DNA of 64,000 nucleotides, taken from the NCBI GenBank assembly GCA_002269645.1, contig NIVC01000577.1:46460-110459 (forward strand). Direction: 5' to 3'. The position numbers were made by a program, and so were the translations under genes. Below, piece after piece: positions 1 through 12,485 of the stretch. The stretch is from Macrostomum lignano. Taxonomy: Eukaryota. The first letter of the stretch is position 1. Every line of letters starts with the position of its first letter. The notes below the pieces were generated by a model that saw only the letters and a program-made list of their open reading frames with translations, ran no database searches and was not told the DNA's origin.

Positions 1-309
1 CTGGGGGCCTGAAAATCTTGTTTGACTGACAGGTGCAGCTTTATGGAATAATAAGCAATACTATTATGTGCGCTGGCTGTAGTACACGCACCTGTGTTAG
101 AGGAATTAATAAGACTTCAACGGAGGCAGGGGTAGCGGTTCAGAGAGATGGGCAAATGCCAGCTCGCGATAGAGCGTCTCTCACTCTGCTTCCTCTTGAT
201 GAAGCTCAGAGTTCGGGTCGGAGAAGAGAGTGGAGAGGCCCTCTCGGAAGCAGGAAAGAGGGGAGTAAGACTGTGTTGGTGGAGAGCTCAGAGGCCAAGC
301 TAATGATGA

Positions 310-3300
310 TGCGGAGTGGAGATGAGAAGGGAGAGTGGAGGGGAGAAGGGAGAGTGGAGATGAGAAGGGAGAGTGGAGATGAGAAGGGAGAGTGGAGATG
401 AGAAGGGAGAGTGGAGATGAGAAGGGAGAGTGGAGATGAGAAGGGAGAGTGGAGGCGAAAAGGGAGAGTGGAGGGGAGAAGGGAGAGGGGAGGTGAGAAG
501 GGAGAGGGGAGGTGAGAAGGGAGAGTGGAGGTGAGAAGGCAGAGGGAAGGTGAGAAGGGAGAGTGGAGGTGAGAAGGGAGAGTGGAGGTGAGCTACGAGG
601 GAGGTAGAGGTGAGAAGGGAGAGTGGAGGTGAGAAGGGAGAGTGGAGGTGAGAAGGGAGAGTGGAGGTGAGAAGGGAGAGGGGAGGTGAGAAGGGAGAGG
701 GGAGGTGAGAAGGGAGAGTGGAGGTGAGAAGGGAGGGTGAGAAGGGAGAGTAGAGGCGAGAAGGGAGAGTGGAGGGGAGAAGGGAGAGGGGAGGTGAGAA
801 GGGAGAGTGAAGGTGAGAAGGCAGAGTGGAGGGGAGAAGGGAGAGTGGAGGGGAGAAGGGAGAGTGAGAAGGGAGAGTGGAGGGGAGAAGGGAGAGTGAG
901 AAGGGAGAGTGGAGGGGAGAAGGGAGAGTGAGAAGGGAGAGTGGAGGGGAGAAGGGAGAGTGAGAAGGGAGAGTGGAGATGAGAAGGGAGAGTGGAGATG
1001 AGAAGGGAGAGTGGAGGCGAAAAGGGAGAGTGGAGGGGAGAAGGGAGAGGGGAGGTGAGAAGGGAGAGTGGAGGGGAGAAGGGAGAGTGGAGGCGAGAAG
1101 GCAGAGTGGAGGGGAGAAGGGAGAGTGGAGGGGAGAAGGGAGAGTGAGAAGGGAGAGTGGAGGGGAGAAGGGAGAGTGAGAAGGGAGAGTGGAGGGGAGA
1201 AGGGAGAGTGAGAAGGGAGAGTGGAGGGGAGAAGGGAGAGTGAGAAGGGAGAGTGGAGATGAGAAGGGAGAGTGGAGATGAGAAGGGAGAGTGGAGGCGA
1301 AAAGGGAGAGTGGAGGGGAGAAGGGAGAGGGGAGGTGAGAAGGGAGAGGGGAGGTGAGAAGGGAGAGTGGAGGTGAGAAGGCAGAGGGAAGGTGAGAAGG
1401 GAGAGTGGAGGTGAGAAGGGAGAGTGGAGGTGAGCTACGAGGGAGGTAGAGGTGAGAAGGGAGAGTGGAGGTGAGAAGGGAGAGTGGAGGTGAGAAGGGA
1501 GAGTGGAGGTGAGAAGGGAGAGGGGAGGTGAGAAGGGAGAGGGGAGGTGAGAAGGGAGAGTGAAGGTGAGAAGGCAGAGTGGAGGGGAGAAGGGAGAGTG
1601 GAGGGGAGAAGGGAGAGTGGAGGCGAGAAGGCAGAGTGGAGGGGAGAAGGGAGAGTGGAGGCGAGAAGGCAGAGTGGAGGGGAGAAGGGAGAGTGGAGGG
1701 GAGAAGGGAGAGTGAGAAGGGAGAGTGGAAGCGAGAAGGGAGAGTGAGAAGGGAGAGTGGAGGGGAGAAGGGAGAGTGAGAAGGGAGAGTGGAAGCGAGA
1801 AGGGAGAGTGAGAAGGGAGAGTGGAGGGGAGAAGGGAGAGTGAGAAGGGAGAGTGGAGGGGAGAAGGGAGAGTGAGAAGGGAGAGTGGAAGCGAGAAGGG
1901 AGAGTGAGAAGGGAGAGTGGAGGGGAGAAGGGAGAGTGAGAAGGGAGAGTGGAAGCGAGAAGGGAGAGTGAGAAGGGAGAGTGGAGGGGAGAAGGGAGAG
2001 TGAGAAGGCAGAGTGGAGGGGAGAAGGGAGAGTGGAGGGGAGAAGGGAGAGTGAGAAGGGAGAGTGGAGGGGAGAAGGGAGAGTGAGAAGGGAGAGTGGA
2101 AGCGAGAAGGGAGAGTGAGAAGGGAGAGTGGAGGGGAGAAGGGAGAGTGAGAAGGGAGAGTGGAGGGGAGAAGGGAGAGTGAGAAGCGAGAGTGGAAGCG
2201 AGAAGGGAGAGTGAGAAGGGAGAGTGGAGGGGAGAAGGGAGAGTGAGAAGGGAGAGTGGAAGCGAGAAGGGAGAGTGAGAAGGGAGAGTGGAGGGGAGAA
2301 GGGAGAGTGAGAAGGGAGAGTGGAGGGGAGAAGGGAGAGTGAGAAGGGAGAGTGGAGGGAGAAGGGAGAGTGAGAAGGGAGAGTGGAAGCGAGAAGGGAG
2401 AGTGAGAAGGGAGAGTGGAGGGGAGAAGGGAGAGTGAGAAGGGAGAGTGGAGGGGAGAAGGGAGAGTGAGAAGGGAGAGTGGAAGCGAGAAGGGAGAGTG
2501 AGAAGGGAGAGTGGAGGGGAGAAGGGAGAGTGAGAAGGGAGAGTGGAGGGGAGAAGGGAGAGTGAGAAGGGAGAGTGGAGGGGAGAAGGGAGAGTGAGAA
2601 GGGAGAGTGGAAGCGAGAAGGGAGAGTGAGAAGGGAGAGTGGAGGGGAGAAGGGAGAGTGAGAAGGCAGAGTGGAGGGGAGAAGGGAGAGTGGAAGCGAG
2701 AAGGGAGAGTGAGAAGGGAGAGTGGAGGGGAGAAGGGAGAGTGAGAAGGGAGAGTGGAAGCGAGAAGGGAGAGTGAGAAGGGAGAGTGGAGGGGAGAAGG
2801 GAGAGTGAGAAGGGAGAGTGGAGGGGAGAAGGGAGAGTGAGAAGGGAGAGTGGAGGGGAGAAGGGAGAGTGAGAAGGGAGAGTGGAGGGGAGAAGGGAGA
2901 GTGAGAAGGGAGAGTGGAAGCGAGAAGGGAGAGTGAGAAGGGAGAGTGGAGGGGAGAAGGGAGAGTGAGAAGGCAGAGTGGAGGGGAGAAGGGAGAGTGG
3001 AAGCGAGAAGGGAGAGTGAGAAGGGAGAGTGGAGGGGAGAAGGGAGAGTGAGAAGGGAGAGTGGAAGCGAGAAGGGAGAGTGAGAAGGGAGAGTGGAGGG
3101 GAGAAGGGAGAGTGAGAAGGGAGAGTGGAGGGAGAAGGGAGAGTGAGAAGGGAGAGTGGAGGGGAGAAGGGAGAGTGAGAAGGGAGAGTGGAGGGGAGAA
3201 GGGAGAGTGAGAAGGGAGAGTGGAGGGGAGAAGGGAGAGTGAGAAGGGAGAGTGGAAGCGAGAAGGGAGAGTGAGAAGGGAGAGTGGAGGGGAGAAGGGA

Positions 3301-4375
3301 GAGTGAGAAGGGAGAGTGGAGGGGAGAAGGGAGAGTGAGAAGGGAGAGTGGAGGGGAGAAGGGAGAGTGAGAAGGGAGAGTGGAGGGGAGAAGGGAGAGT
3401 GAGAAGGGAGAGTGGAGGGGAGAAGGGAGAGTGAGAAGGGAGAGTGGAGGGGAGAAGGGAGAGTGAGAAGGGAGAGTGGAAGCGAGAAGGGAGAGTGAGA
3501 AGGGAGAGTGGAGGGGAGAAGGGAGAGTGAGAAGGGAGAGTGGAGGGGAGAAGGGAGAGTGAGAAGGGAGAGTGGAGGGGAGAAGGGAGAGTGAGAAGGG
3601 AGAGTGGAGGGGAGAAGGGAGAGTGAGAAGGGAGAGTGGAGGGGAGAAGGGAGAGTGAGAAGGGAGAGTGGAAGCGAGAAGGGAGAGTGAGAAGGGAGAG
3701 TGGAGGGAGAAGGGAGAGTGAGAAGGGAGAGTGGAGGGGAGAAGGGAGAGTGAGAAGGGAGAGTGGAGGGGAGAAGGGAGAGTGAGAAGGGAGAGTGGAG
3801 GGGAGAAGGGAGAGTGAGAAGGGAGAGTGGAGGGGAGAAGGGAGAGTGAGAAGGGAGAGTGGAGGGGAGAAGGGAGAGTGAGAAGGGAGAGTGGAGGGAG
3901 AAGGGAGAGTGAGAAGGGAGAGTGGAGGGGAGAAGGGAGAGTGAGAAGGGAGAGTGGAGGGGAGAAGGGAGAGTGAGAAGGGAGAGTGGAAGCGAGAAGG
4001 GAGAGTGAGAAGGGAGAGTGGAGGGGAGAAGGGAGAGTGAGAAGGGAGAGTGGAGGGGAGAAGGGAGAGTGAGAAGGGAGAGTGGAAGCGAGAAGGGAGA
4101 GTGAGAAGGGAGAGTGGAGGGGAGAAGGGAGAGTGAGAAGGGAGAGTGGAGGGAGAAGGGAGAGTGAGAAGGGAGAGTGGAGGGGAGAAGGGAGAGTGAG
4201 AAGGGAGAGTGGAAGCGAGAAGGGAGAGTGAGAAGGAGAGTGGAGGGGAGAAGGGAGAGTGAGAAGGCAGAGTGGAGGGGAGAAGGGAGAGTGGAAGCGA
4301 GAAGGGAGAGTGAGAAGGGAGAGTGGAGGGGAGAAGGGAGAGTGAGAAGGGAGAGTGGAGGGGAGAAGGGAGAGG
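310..4375. repeat. Polypurine minisatellite: alternating GAGAAGGGAGAGT and GAGAAGGGAGAGTGGAGGG units, about 32-bp higher-order period
   Basis: Read directly. It explains the 1377-aa and 1275-aa S/P/L-rich ORFs on the minus strand. Confidence 0.97.
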
Positions 4376-5149
4376 AATCAGAAACGATACTGCAAGCACA
4401 ATTGGAAAGAGAATAAACAATCAGGCATCTCATTAATAATAGAAATTCCGCAATTCTGTTAATTCCTCATCTGGCTATTTTCCACGATAAGGCTCTGCTC
4501 TCATCTGAATTAGCCCAGGTGATACCAGCCCTATCCTCCGAGATCCTCAAGAAAGGATGAGCTTAAGAATGCATGAACACTCGCATTGGTACTAGGAATG
4601 ACTTAAACTGCTCACACATGCGAGGGTACAAGAAAGCAATGATGGGAACTCACTTCATTCCTCAGGCATTCCTGCCTGTCTATTTTTTATATTTACTGCA
4701 TGCCCACCTCATCAACCCAGCCTGTCAGTTTCCGGCTCAGCTCACGCCAGCACTGAGGGGAGGCCTTCCCACGCCCTTCTTGCCTCTCCATTCTCCTTCT
4801 GTATTTCTGCATTCTCGCTTCTTTAACAAAAAAGAGAATTCTGACTGCAAAGTAGGAAAGTGTAAAAGTTCGCGCGGATCGCTGTCTGGGTCCCGGGAAG
4901 ACGGGAACTCACAGCAAGGATTAGATGAAGGCTCATAACAGTGCAATGTCTTAGTCATGGCTTCAGGGCACAGCAGCTGCCAGTCTCCTATGATAACGAT
5001 CCGACTTTATTGATTCAGGCTTGTGATACTCTCGCTTCCCACATGTGCACGCGGTATCAAGTGCTCTCTCCGACTTGTGTTTCATCGGGTTCTGCTGCTC
5101 TCAGCTTTTCCTTGTTTGATGCGCTCAAGCATTCCATCTGCGACTCCCC

Positions 5150-5400
5150 TTGTCCCCTCTCTCTTTCCCTGCTCTCCTTCTCTCCCTCTCTCCCTCTCTC
5201 CCTCTCTCCCTCTGTCTTTCTCTCTTCTCCTTTTCTCCTTCTCTCCACCCCTCCCTCTTTTTTTCCTCCCTCTCTCCCTCTCTCCCTCTCTCCCTCTCTC
5301 CCTCTCTCCCTCTCTCCCTCTCTCCCTCTCTCCCTCTCTCCTCTCTCCCTCTCTCCCTCTCTTGATCTTCTTCTCTCCTTTCTTCCCTCTCTTTCACCCT
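5150..5400. repeat. (CTCTCCCT)n pyrimidine tract
   Basis: Read directly. Confidence 0.9.
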
Positions 5401-6489
5401 GCAATCCCCTCTCCTATCTCCGTATCCAATCTCACACTCTGCTTATTGTCTCCCTCGCCCCTCCGTTCCCTGGCTCTACCCTACTATACCACTCTCTTTC
5501 GCCTCTCCTCAGCCACCCCTCTCCCGCAAATAATCTTCTCAATCGCGCGAAGTACTCAACTTTCTTAGTCTGATTGGCCTGGCTTCGCTGCAACCTTGGT
5601 CCATTTTCTGCATTAATACCTCCACCCATCCACCACTATTGCAACCCCCCCCCACGCCCGATTTGCCGCTAATTGGCTATCAACAGGTGCACAAACACCG
5701 CGTTGAAATGGAGATAGAATTCTTCATCTGCTCGGCAGCTGCAGACTGATTTTATCGCTCGTAGTAAGATTTCTACGAATGCATTATACAGATAGCATGC
5801 TTGAATTGTTTAGCCATTTCTGTCAGTAAGTTTGAGGTAAAGTTGTACTTTATATCCACTAAAATAAAGAATTATAATTTATACACTAATCCGTTTATTA
5901 TCACACTGCCAGCCATAAGGTATTGGTTGTAGTCGTTAAGCGTCGTTAACTAAGTTAAGCAGAGTTAGAAGCGGATAGTTGTTTGCAACATTTCTGATGC
6001 CTTGTTGTGATAGGGTAGCAGAAGTCCTCACTGTACAAGATACATGCGTATGTACAAGATAGTACTGTAGAAGTTATGTACAAGACAGTACTGTACAAGT
6101 ATGTACAAGATAGCTCTGTACATGTACAAATATAGAACGGTACAAGACGTACACATCCAAACCCTGTCGATGAGCGAGCTCAATTGTTATTTAAAACTGA
6201 CAAATTGAATCCTTCGAACTGAAGGCCATTTGAAATGCACCAACAAGTGCAGTAGAAGCAGTCTAATCTGGACCTTTCTAATCAGTCCAATTCTAATGAA
6301 TCAAATTTTGATAAGACAGAAAATCATGCAATAATATTAACCCGTATAAATTGCCACGAGCACAAATATTATGAAGGAGTATTTCTTTAAAAATTAATTT
6401 AAAATACAAAGAAATACAATTTTAATTGCTACATATCAGTGTTATTAGTTTTTGTCACGAAAGGCTGTGTGCGCGTAAAATCAGGTTTA

Positions 6490-6900
6490 GTGTGCAATAA
6501 TTGTAAGTGTACAGACTCAGGTTCAAGTGTACAGATTTAGTTCGTGTGTACAGAATAAAGTTCAAGTGTACAGATTTAGTTCGTGTGTACAGAATCAGGT
6601 TCAAGTGTACAGATTTAGTTCGTGTGTACAGAATCAGGTTCAAGTGTACAGATTTTGTTCGTGCGTACAGAATCAGATCAAGCGTACAGACGACTTAAAT
6701 GTAAACTGACCAGTGCAATGTACACTGACCAGTGCAACGTACACTGACCAGTGCAATGTACACTGACCAGTGCAATGTACACTGACCAGTGCAATGTACA
6801 CTGACCAGTGCAATGTACACTGATCATTTCAATGTACACTGACCATTTCAATGTACACTGACCAGTGCAATGTACACTGACCAGTGCAATGTACATTGAT
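6490..6900. repeat. Two adjacent minisatellites: 39-bp unit (about 6490-6690) and 19-bp TGTACACTGACCAGTGCAA (about 6703-6900)
   Basis: Read directly. Confidence 0.9.
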
Positions 6901-7480
6901 CAATTCTAAAGACTTAATTCCTAGCCACTAAAAGCAAAAACCATTAGCTGAGCCATTTTGGGACGCAGCAGTCAGCCTCTTTCAATCCCTGTGCTGATGC
7001 TGATATTCACAGAGGTCCCAACTAGCTGAGCCACTGAATGTGACGATCAAATATTAAGCTTTACTTTCGAAAGGATCGAATAGAAAACAGAAAGCAATAT
7101 TTCTCTGTGGGAGTTTTGCCCTCCCACTACTGCCCTAGCCCTGGCTTGCGTAAATCCACCCAGAAAAAAATGATTAGGAAGCCAAAAGCCAGAAATTCTC
7201 CTCGATTTATATTTGGGGAAGAAAAACACTGTATGCAGAGTTTGCCGAGAAAATAGAGATGGCAGAGATGAAGGCATGGAAAAAAGATTTGTATAAAAGG
7301 CATAGGCAGTCAGACTTTAGGATAGAGATTTTGATGGGAAATATGATTGAGTATACCGGTAGGCTCCAAGGCCATTGGGGTGTCTTGTAAGACTTTGCTT
7401 GTAAAGATTGAATTAGCTAATTTGAATTTGTTGTTAGTGCGAGTTCGAACAACTATATCAATCCAGGTTTTGCTAAAAAG

Positions 7481-8430
7481 CGTCTTGTGTCTTGTGTCTT
7501 GTGTCTTGTATCTTGTGTCTTGTGTCTTGTATCTTGTGTCTTGTGTCTTGTGTCTTGTGTCTTGTGTCTGGTGTCTTGCGTCTTGTGTTCTGTGTCTTGT
7601 GTCTTGCGTCTTGTGTCTTGCGTCTTGTGTCTTGCGTCTTGTGTCTTGTGTCTTGTGTCTTGTGTCTTGCTTCATGTGTTCTGTGTCTTGTGTCTTGTGT
7701 CTTGTGTCTTGCGTCTTGTGTCTTGTGTCTTGTGTCTTGTGTCTTGTGTCTTGTGTCTTGCTTCATGTGTTCTGTGTCTTGTGTCTTGCGTCTTGTGTCT
7801 TGCGTCTTGTGTCTTGTGTCTTGTGTCTTGCTTCATGTGTTCTGTGTCTTGTGTCTTGCGTCTTGTGTCTTGCGTCTTGTGTCTTGTGTCTTGTGTCTTG
7901 TGTCTTGTGTCTTGTGTCTTGTGTCTTGCTTCATGTGTTCTGTGTCTTGTGTCTTGCGTCTTGTGTCTTGCGTCTTGTGTCTTGTGTCTTGTGTCTTGTG
8001 TCTTGTGTCTTGTGTCTTGCTTCATGTGTTCTGTGTCTTGTGTCTTGCGTCTTGTGTCTTGCGTCTTGTGTCTTGTGTCTTGTGTCTTGCTTCATGTGTT
8101 CTGTGTCTTGTGTCTTGCGTCTTGTGTCTTGCGTCTTGTGTCTTGTGTCTTGTGTCTTGTGTCTTGTGTCTTGTGTCTTGTGTCTTGCTTCATGTGTTCT
8201 GTGTCTTGTGTCTTGCGTCTTGTGTCTTGCGTCTTGTGTCTTGTGTCTTGTGTCTTGTGTCTTGTGTCTTGTGTCTTGCTTCATGTGTTCTGTGTCTTGT
8301 GTCTTGCGTCTTGTGTCTTGCGTCTTGTGTCTTGTGTCGTGTCTTGTGTCTTGTGTCTTGTGTCTTGTGTCTTGTGTCTTGTGTCTTGTGTCTTGTGTCT
8401 TGTGTCTTGCTTCATGTGTTCTGTGTCTTG
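7481..8430. repeat. (TGTCTTG)n 7-bp satellite with interspersed CTTCATGTGTTC variants
   Basis: Read directly. It produces the spurious Cys/Leu/Val ORFs. Confidence 0.95.
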
Positions 8431-9322
8431 TGTCTCCTGTCTTGTCTTTTGTGTATTTTCTCTCGTTTCTTGTTTCTTGTGTCTGATTTCTTATGCCTTG
8501 TCTCTTTCTTTTGTGTCTTGTGTGTTGTGTCTAGCACTTTCTATATCCTTTTGTGCTAAGCCTAGAGCTACAAAAATCCATTAGACTAAAAATTGTCTTG
8601 AACTAAAATTGCGCCTAAAATAAGCTTCACTTCTCAAGCGACCACCGACCTGCCCCGGTCTAATTCGAGTTTAATTGGACTCTCTCTGTTCGTGTTGAAA
8701 CTCAATTTCATTCTCTCCGTTAAGTCAACCGCACACTCCTACTCTCTTTGCTCTTTCATACTGGCTATATAATAATCACTTTAGTAATGCCAACAACGCG
8801 GCACTACTACAGTCCACACGCATATCTGAGCACATATGTAATCTATAATGCAAAAGAAATTTGCATTTTGACGAGGGCCAGTCGCGAGAAGGCGGACGGC
8901 ACAGAGTTTGACGAAATGAAAACTCGCCACTGCCCGCCGAGGAGGGGGGGTTGAGGAGGGGGAGCCTGAGCTCGAATCCCACCCGCCCTGGGTCGAGAGA
9001 CATTGCGGCTGACCTAGGTGGAGATTCTGCGTGCCCTGCGGCCAGATTAGCGATCCACTTAATGCACGAGCAGCCATAGCTGTGTATGATATATGAATAT
9101 AATATTACCCACATCCGGTTAGTTTAACTTCCGGAAATTGCGATCGAACGACGGCTCGGCTAGTCAAGACAGAAGCCAGATATATGAGCCCCCCCCCCAG
9201 AAAGTGCTTCACCCCCAACTGCTTGAGCTCCCTTCCCGCTCCTCTCCTCCACCTCGCTGCCCAACTGCAGGATCTCTGAAAAAAACACCTGCCCAAAGCA
9301 TTCGTTCTCAAACGATGTGCTT

Positions 9323-10377
<1,055 letters not shown>

Positions 10378-11249
10378 GATCTTTCTCTCCTACCTGAGCT
10401 ATATAAGAATATCGCTACGTAAAATAGCCTCCCTTTCAGGTCAATGTCACCCTAGCTCAATCAGTTTTTGATATAATCTACGGCATAAAAAATCGCTTCA
10501 AATTTTAGCTAACTTTATACTAACAGTAGTGCGAAACGAATTTGAGAAAAATTTTGCTAAAACCATCGCTTCGAGTAGCGAAGTCGGCAGATCCAGCAAA
10601 TCTAATTATCGTTTGAGTAAAAGCTTCATCGTTTGAGTAAAAGCTTCATCGATGAGAAGCGGAGGCAGAGCCCAGAGCCTTCTAAAAATAATGCACTTCA
10701 GCTGGCGTTCGGGTCGGGAAGTATGAGTATGCAGAGACAGATTTAATAGGAAAATATCTGCCAACTATGAAAGCAGTCCTAGTAATCCTTATTTTTTATC
10801 CCCAGTTAGGGAAGTGGAACATCTGCCAGCGTTCTGAGAGTGCAGTGCTGTGGGAGAGTGAACGGTGAGGTTTAGGGACAGAACAGTTTTGGACAGTGCT
10901 TCATCTCACTCCTCATTCCCCACATGCAGTGTCACAAGGCGCAGTTGCAAGCTCAACCCTGTCTCATGTCGGAAACAGGCTCATAACTCATACCAGATTA
11001 ATTAGTCTATCTCTGGAGCACACTTCAAAAATATCAGTTTTTTATCTTTGCATCGGACAAACTGGATATGACTTATAAAATTGTCCGGGCAGTCAACCAT
11101 GCCAGTTGGAAATTGAGTACATTTACACGAAATTAGAGATTGAAATCGCTCCCTAGTCTCTTGCGCTTCCTTGTCGAGTGCTTTTGTAAATGTTTAAGAG
11201 ATTTCAATACATTTGATCTACTCGACAAATGCATACCAAAAATCACCCA

Positions 11250-12000
11250 ACACCCACGGCACAAAACACATCACAGTACACTCTACCCAAAGCACCCACC
11301 ACCCCACAGCGCCCACCACCACACAGCGCCCACCACATCACAGAACACTCCACCCAAAGCACCCACCACCCCACAGCGCCCACCACCCCACAGCGCCCAC
11401 CACCACACAGCGCCCACCACATCACAGAACACTCCACCCAAAGCACCCACCACCCCAAAGCACCCACCACCCCACAGCGCCCACCACCACACAGCGCCCA
11501 CCACATCACAGAACACTCCACCCAAAGCACCCACCACCCCACAGCACCCACCACCCACAGCGCCCACCACCCCACAGCGCCCACCAACCCACAGCGCCCA
11601 CCACCCCACAGCGCCCACCACCCCACAGCGCCCACCACCCCACAGCGCCCACCACCCCACAGCGCCCACCACCCCACAATGCCCACGACCCCACAGCGCC
11701 CACCACCCCACAGCGCCCACCACCCCACAGCGCCTACGACCCCACAGCGCCCACCACCCCACAGCGCCCACCACCCCACAGCGCCTACGACCCCACAGCG
11801 GCCATCACTCCACAGCGGCCACCATCCCACAGCGCCCACCATCCCACAGCGCCCACCACCCCACAGCGACCATCACTCCACAGCGGCCACCATCCCGCAG
11901 CGCCCACCACCCCACAGCGCCCACCACCCCACAGCGCCTACGACCCCACAGCGACCACCACTCCACAGCGGCCACCACTCCACAGCGGCCACCATCCCAC
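11250..12000. repeat. 18-bp CCACAGCGCCCACCACCC minisatellite
   Basis: Read directly. Confidence 0.92.
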
Positions 12001-12381
12001 AGGGCCCAGAACAAAAGCACAAAGCACCTCAGACCAAAGCACACAATTACAATTAGCAAGCACAACGTATTATTGTAAGTCATTCGATGCAAAATCATTC
12101 TCTGCAGGCAAAGGCATTGCAGAGAGCTCATTGAGTTTAGTGCCGAGAAAGACACTTACTCCAGAGAGTTGCTCCATCGCCATCCATCAGTGGCTGGCTA
12201 GAAGCCCGTGGGCCAATCAGAATGCCAGGATCAAATAGGAAATGAGAGAAAACGATACACTCAGACAGGAAGAGCTCCCGTAGATTTTAGATCCAGCAAA
12301 CAGAAACAAAACTGCTTCCAACTTCCTCTACACTCGACATAGTAGCAGAAGCCTGCAACATAGATAGATTGTCACAGAAAC

Positions 12382-12423
12382 ATGAGCCAACAGGTACAGT
12401 GTAAGTCCTCTGCCCCAGGAACC

Positions 12424-12485
<62 letters not shown>

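Noticed and set aside
300-4433. 1377-aa and 1275-aa minus-strand ORFs
   Set aside because: They are translations of a stop-free purine satellite, open in several frames, with no unique sequence.
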